The translations under genes and the position numbers were made by a program. DNA of 41,254 nt from Macrostomum lignano. Its lineage: Eukaryota. This document shows, piece after piece, positions 34,221 to 41,254 of the stretch; the first letter of the stretch is position 1, and each line of letters begins with the position of its first letter. Under the pieces are notes generated by a model that was not told the DNA's origin, did not search any database, and saw only the letters and a program-made list of their open reading frames with translations. Location: positions 39,833-81,086 of the forward strand of contig NIVC01004588.1 in NCBI GenBank assembly GCA_002269645.1, given 5' to 3'.

Positions 34221-35580
34221 ATGGGCGAGCGCGACCTAGCGGAAGAAGAAATTGACAAAGAATGGCAGGCAAGCGAGATTTCCTTGGAGACTCAGAGTCG
34301 AAATGGAAGTTCAAAATTGCATCCGCTCTGTTCCGCAAGCCAGACCAAACTATCCGGCTATGCTTGGCTGATTGGGCGGCCTCACGGTGCCATCAAACCG
34401 CTTATGTGCATTGCGCCTGTGCAATCAAATTGTACTCTTAGCAGTATTGCTAGCAATGATGATACTATCATGGGCGTATTTGATTGGATTTTGATTGTCT
34501 TCTAGTGCTTGTTCGTCCTGGCCAATTTGATCTCTATGGCTGTATGGTTCCGACGAAAAGCGCCGATCCAATGGAACCGGGAGGTCAGAATTCAGCTGCT
34601 CCTATTGAGGCTCTTCAGCGTTCTTGGCTTCGTTTTTTCGCTGTCGGTTGTTGGAGTGATCTGGTCGATTGGTCATCCGTCGTTTCGCGTCATCTCTGTA
34701 CTGCACGCGGCTTTGCTAGTCTACTTAGAGAACTTTATATTTGGCTTGGTGCCTACTTGCTCGCTCTTTTTACCAGTGCTGAGTTTTATAACGGCCATAT
34801 TTCTGATTGAGCACTCCCAGCCGTCGCGAACTGTGTTGCTCTTTAGCAGTTTTACTGTTGCTAAAGTTCTTATTCTGGTGGCCCTGCTAGTCTGCATAGT
34901 ATAGAAAGCCCCGTTTTTCTATTGCACGGTTTCGTCTATTGTGAAAGTTCTGCAGGTGCCACTCTATTACTAAATGAAATGTTTCTGAGGGTGCCATGGA
35001 AATTTTTGAGAGTAATTCGGATTACTTCCGAATTTATGTCACTTCTGGCGTCAATTCTGGTCATTATCTTGCTATTTGTGTTCGCCTGTCTGCGTTATTG
35101 CAATAGTTGTCAAAGCCAGCCATTCGAGCAATCGGCCTCCGTATCGGCCGTCGCCTACAGTCGTCACGTGGACGATTTGGACGAAGTCGGGGACGACGAA
35201 CAGACTGAAAATGTGGTAATCGACTCTCTACCGTCGGTGCCAAATGCCGTCCGGGTGGCTGACGAACTGCGGCTAATCCTACTCTGGCACCAGATTTTAT
35301 TCGGCGCAGGCTTCGTACTTGTAGTGTTTACTCTTGTCGTAGTGCATGTAGTCGCCATTCTGCACGGCATGGTATTTTCAAAACTGGTTAGTGGCCTATT
35401 TCACCTGATAGGACAGTGTCTGTTCTTTAGCAGCCTTGTTATACATCGCCGCTGATGAGCGCAACAATCCGAGATGACATCGTGTCAGTTCTAGTTGCGA
35501 TCAAACGGCTGCTCCAGTCATTTATCTGCTGTCGCTGGGTGCCAGCAAGGCGTGGGGACGGCTTAAGTTTGCTGAAATAG
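34221..35580 (+). pseudogene. Frameshifted paralogue of the 31020-32422 7TM-like gene
   Basis: Pieces in different frames align in order with the minus copy: CSASQTKLSGYAWLIG..KPLMC; VRPGQFDLYGCMV; EVRIQLLLLRLFSVLGFVFS..HAAL..ITAIFLIEHSQP; LHGFVYC..VAYSRHVDD..VVIDSLPS..ELR; and TSPLMSATIR..ICC (35443-35580). At least 4 frameshifts, near 34490, 34560, 34910 and 35440. Confidence 0.8.
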
Positions 35581-36977
35581 CTAATTGGTACAATACTACC
35601 TAATGCTATCTATGTTCGAAACAGGTTATCACTTACCACTGAGGCAGAAAAGCGTGTAGAAAAGGTCTTCTACTTTTGTTTGGCAAGTTGAAACTCTAAT
35701 AATACCAGTATACAGTTAAAGTACGCTCGTACGATTTAATTTGCGTTGTGATTTTTGTGTTGATTTTACTAATTCTAATTTGAAGGCTAAATTGTTTCTT
35801 GATTGTATTCAATCATTCATCAGTAATAACTTAATAAGTTTCAAAAGCCGTCAAGTCATTTAACCTCAATTTCAATAATTTTTTCAATTACTAAAATGCG
35901 TCTGATATAAAAAACAAGAGAAGAGATTTTCTTAAAGTTTTTGGTAAATTTTTTGCACTTTTGCGCTTTAAATGGTTTTAAGAGAGTTCATTCGATGATT
36001 ACAAGTATTTAATGAATTATGCTTAATAAACTTTATTCACTAACAATGTAGAATTATTTTTCCTAGTAGAATGGGTAACTCAATATTTTTACGGAGCTAA
36101 TCAATCAGTGTGTCTACATGTATCTTTAAACTTTAACTTTATCTGCGCATGGTAACAGTTGCCAACATGTAGCTAGCTATCCCATTCAGCTGTGAAAAAT
36201 ATGGATTTGTGGTGTGTAAAGGCAGTAAAAATTTATGAAGGTGTAAAGCGCTGAACCTTCGGAATTTTTCACTTGCCGGCTTGTTTAATTTGACAATGTC
36301 AGCAGAAGTAGAAACGCTCTAATCTAAACAAAATTGCCGATGGAATTTTAGATAGCCACGAGGCAAGCGTAGGTTCAAACAATTGTAGCAAAGAGAATTA
36401 ATCCATTGTCGACTTATTGATGTAAATTTCTGCCAGCGAAAATGTCCACTTAATGATGCGTGCGAACGCAAATCATGTGACGCAGAGTGTAAAGATTGCC
36501 ATTGTGATAGCTACATGTAAAGCGCTTTTCAAATCGCTTATGGAAGTTTCTGCGCAGATTTTGTTGGCCTTGCTAATAACGACCTAGCTATCTCTGCCAG
36601 CTTATTCTTAAAGTTATTTTTCGTTTTATACGAGTTATGTGCGTGTAGTACTATATTTAAATCTCTTACAGTCTTATGTAAACTATTGCATGCAGTTGGA
36701 ACCATGTGACCGTATACCAGCTAAGATAAGGCTATTTTACAGGTGGATTAAAACCTCGACGCAAAAAAGTAACTTTGTATGGCTTGTTTCTTTCACGAAC
36801 GCTCCTAAGTGTTGATATAGCTGGAGCGATTTGTTCAGCGAAGCTCCACTGCTCCATGCAATTCGCACTCAACTTTGATGCACGAACCTCATGCTTAGTT
36901 TTACTGCATGTTAACTGATATGTTATCCTAATCATTATTTCAATATATACACAAAGATTTTTTTGGTCTACACATTA

Positions 36978-40515
<3,538 letters not shown>

Positions 40516-41254
40516 CAAATTTCAAGAACAAATCCCTTTATAAATAACGAAAAGCCAGGAACTTGCGCCCTATCCTACTAAAAGAGTAAAGCAAAAAGGA
40601 GATGCATGTACATGTAAGAATTAACTCAGGTGCGATTAGATGGCACAAGGAAGTTTCCTAGAATAAAAAAATGATTGACTACTAAATATTCATCACTACA
40701 TGTACATTCCAATTCTACATGTATTTATTTAGATATTGCAATCATGGCAGATTGGATGACATTAAATTGCATTTATGAAGGACTACTTAAATTATTTAGC
40801 AAAAAACTACAATTGATCGTAGCTGTCCTTGGTATATAATGTAGTGTACATGTACATGTTTAAAAGTGTATAGCACTAAAAACAGAATCAAAACAAGACC
40901 GAAGAAAGAAATCCATCAATCTCAAAACAATGGTCTAACTCAGTCAAGCATTACTAATCATCACATCATGCGTAACGTTTCTAGTCCGCTGTCGGCCAAC
41001 CAGTCAGTCGCCTTGAATCGGTTCATTAGCTAACTGAGATCTAGCTTTTTAAATTAAGTAACAGATACCCTGCTTTTCTGCGATAGATCGAGAAACACTA
41101 TTGTTAAAAAGCTAACAGGTAAAAAATTAAGTCTATATTAAAACATTTCATAGAAAACTTCGATGCATCACCGTAAAAAATATTTTTTAGGCAAATTTAA
41201 AAAAACGCGTCAAACGGTTCTTGAAAGATCAATTACAGACAAAAATTAGTATAT

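Noticed and set aside
35452-35480. Hammerhead ribozyme core CTGATGAG (also at 37817)
   Set aside because: No stem II followed by GAAA or a cleavage-site stem could be found; both sites lie in protein-coding remnants.

Overview
This is eukaryotic (animal) genomic DNA with GT-AG introns and the standard code. GC-rich exons, AT-rich spacers and introns filled with 16-38-bp minisatellites would fit a Macrostomum-like flatworm, but that is inference only. I hand-spliced two intact + strand genes. The first is a 12-exon ATP9/Neo1-type P4-ATPase flippase (1870-19091, 1106 aa) with a possible extra 13th exon at 21348-21696. The second is a 4-exon COQ6 ubiquinone monooxygenase (23906-27588, 472 aa). 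A divergently oriented pair of related, apparently intronless 7TM receptor-like genes of no family I recognise lies at 31020-32422 (-, one frameshift) and 34221-35580 (+, four or more lesions). Mobile DNA comprises a decayed Ty3/Gypsy RT-RNase H fragment, a hAT-like MITE (17-bp TIR, 8-bp TSD), a MULE-like MITE (9-bp TSD), two copies of a CORE-like tRNA-SINE, a third possible SINE, GA-rich hAT-like remnants and a 3'-truncated LOA-like LINE. Most long ORFs in the supplied track are minisatellite artefacts. I found no CRISPR array, rRNA or functional tRNA gene.
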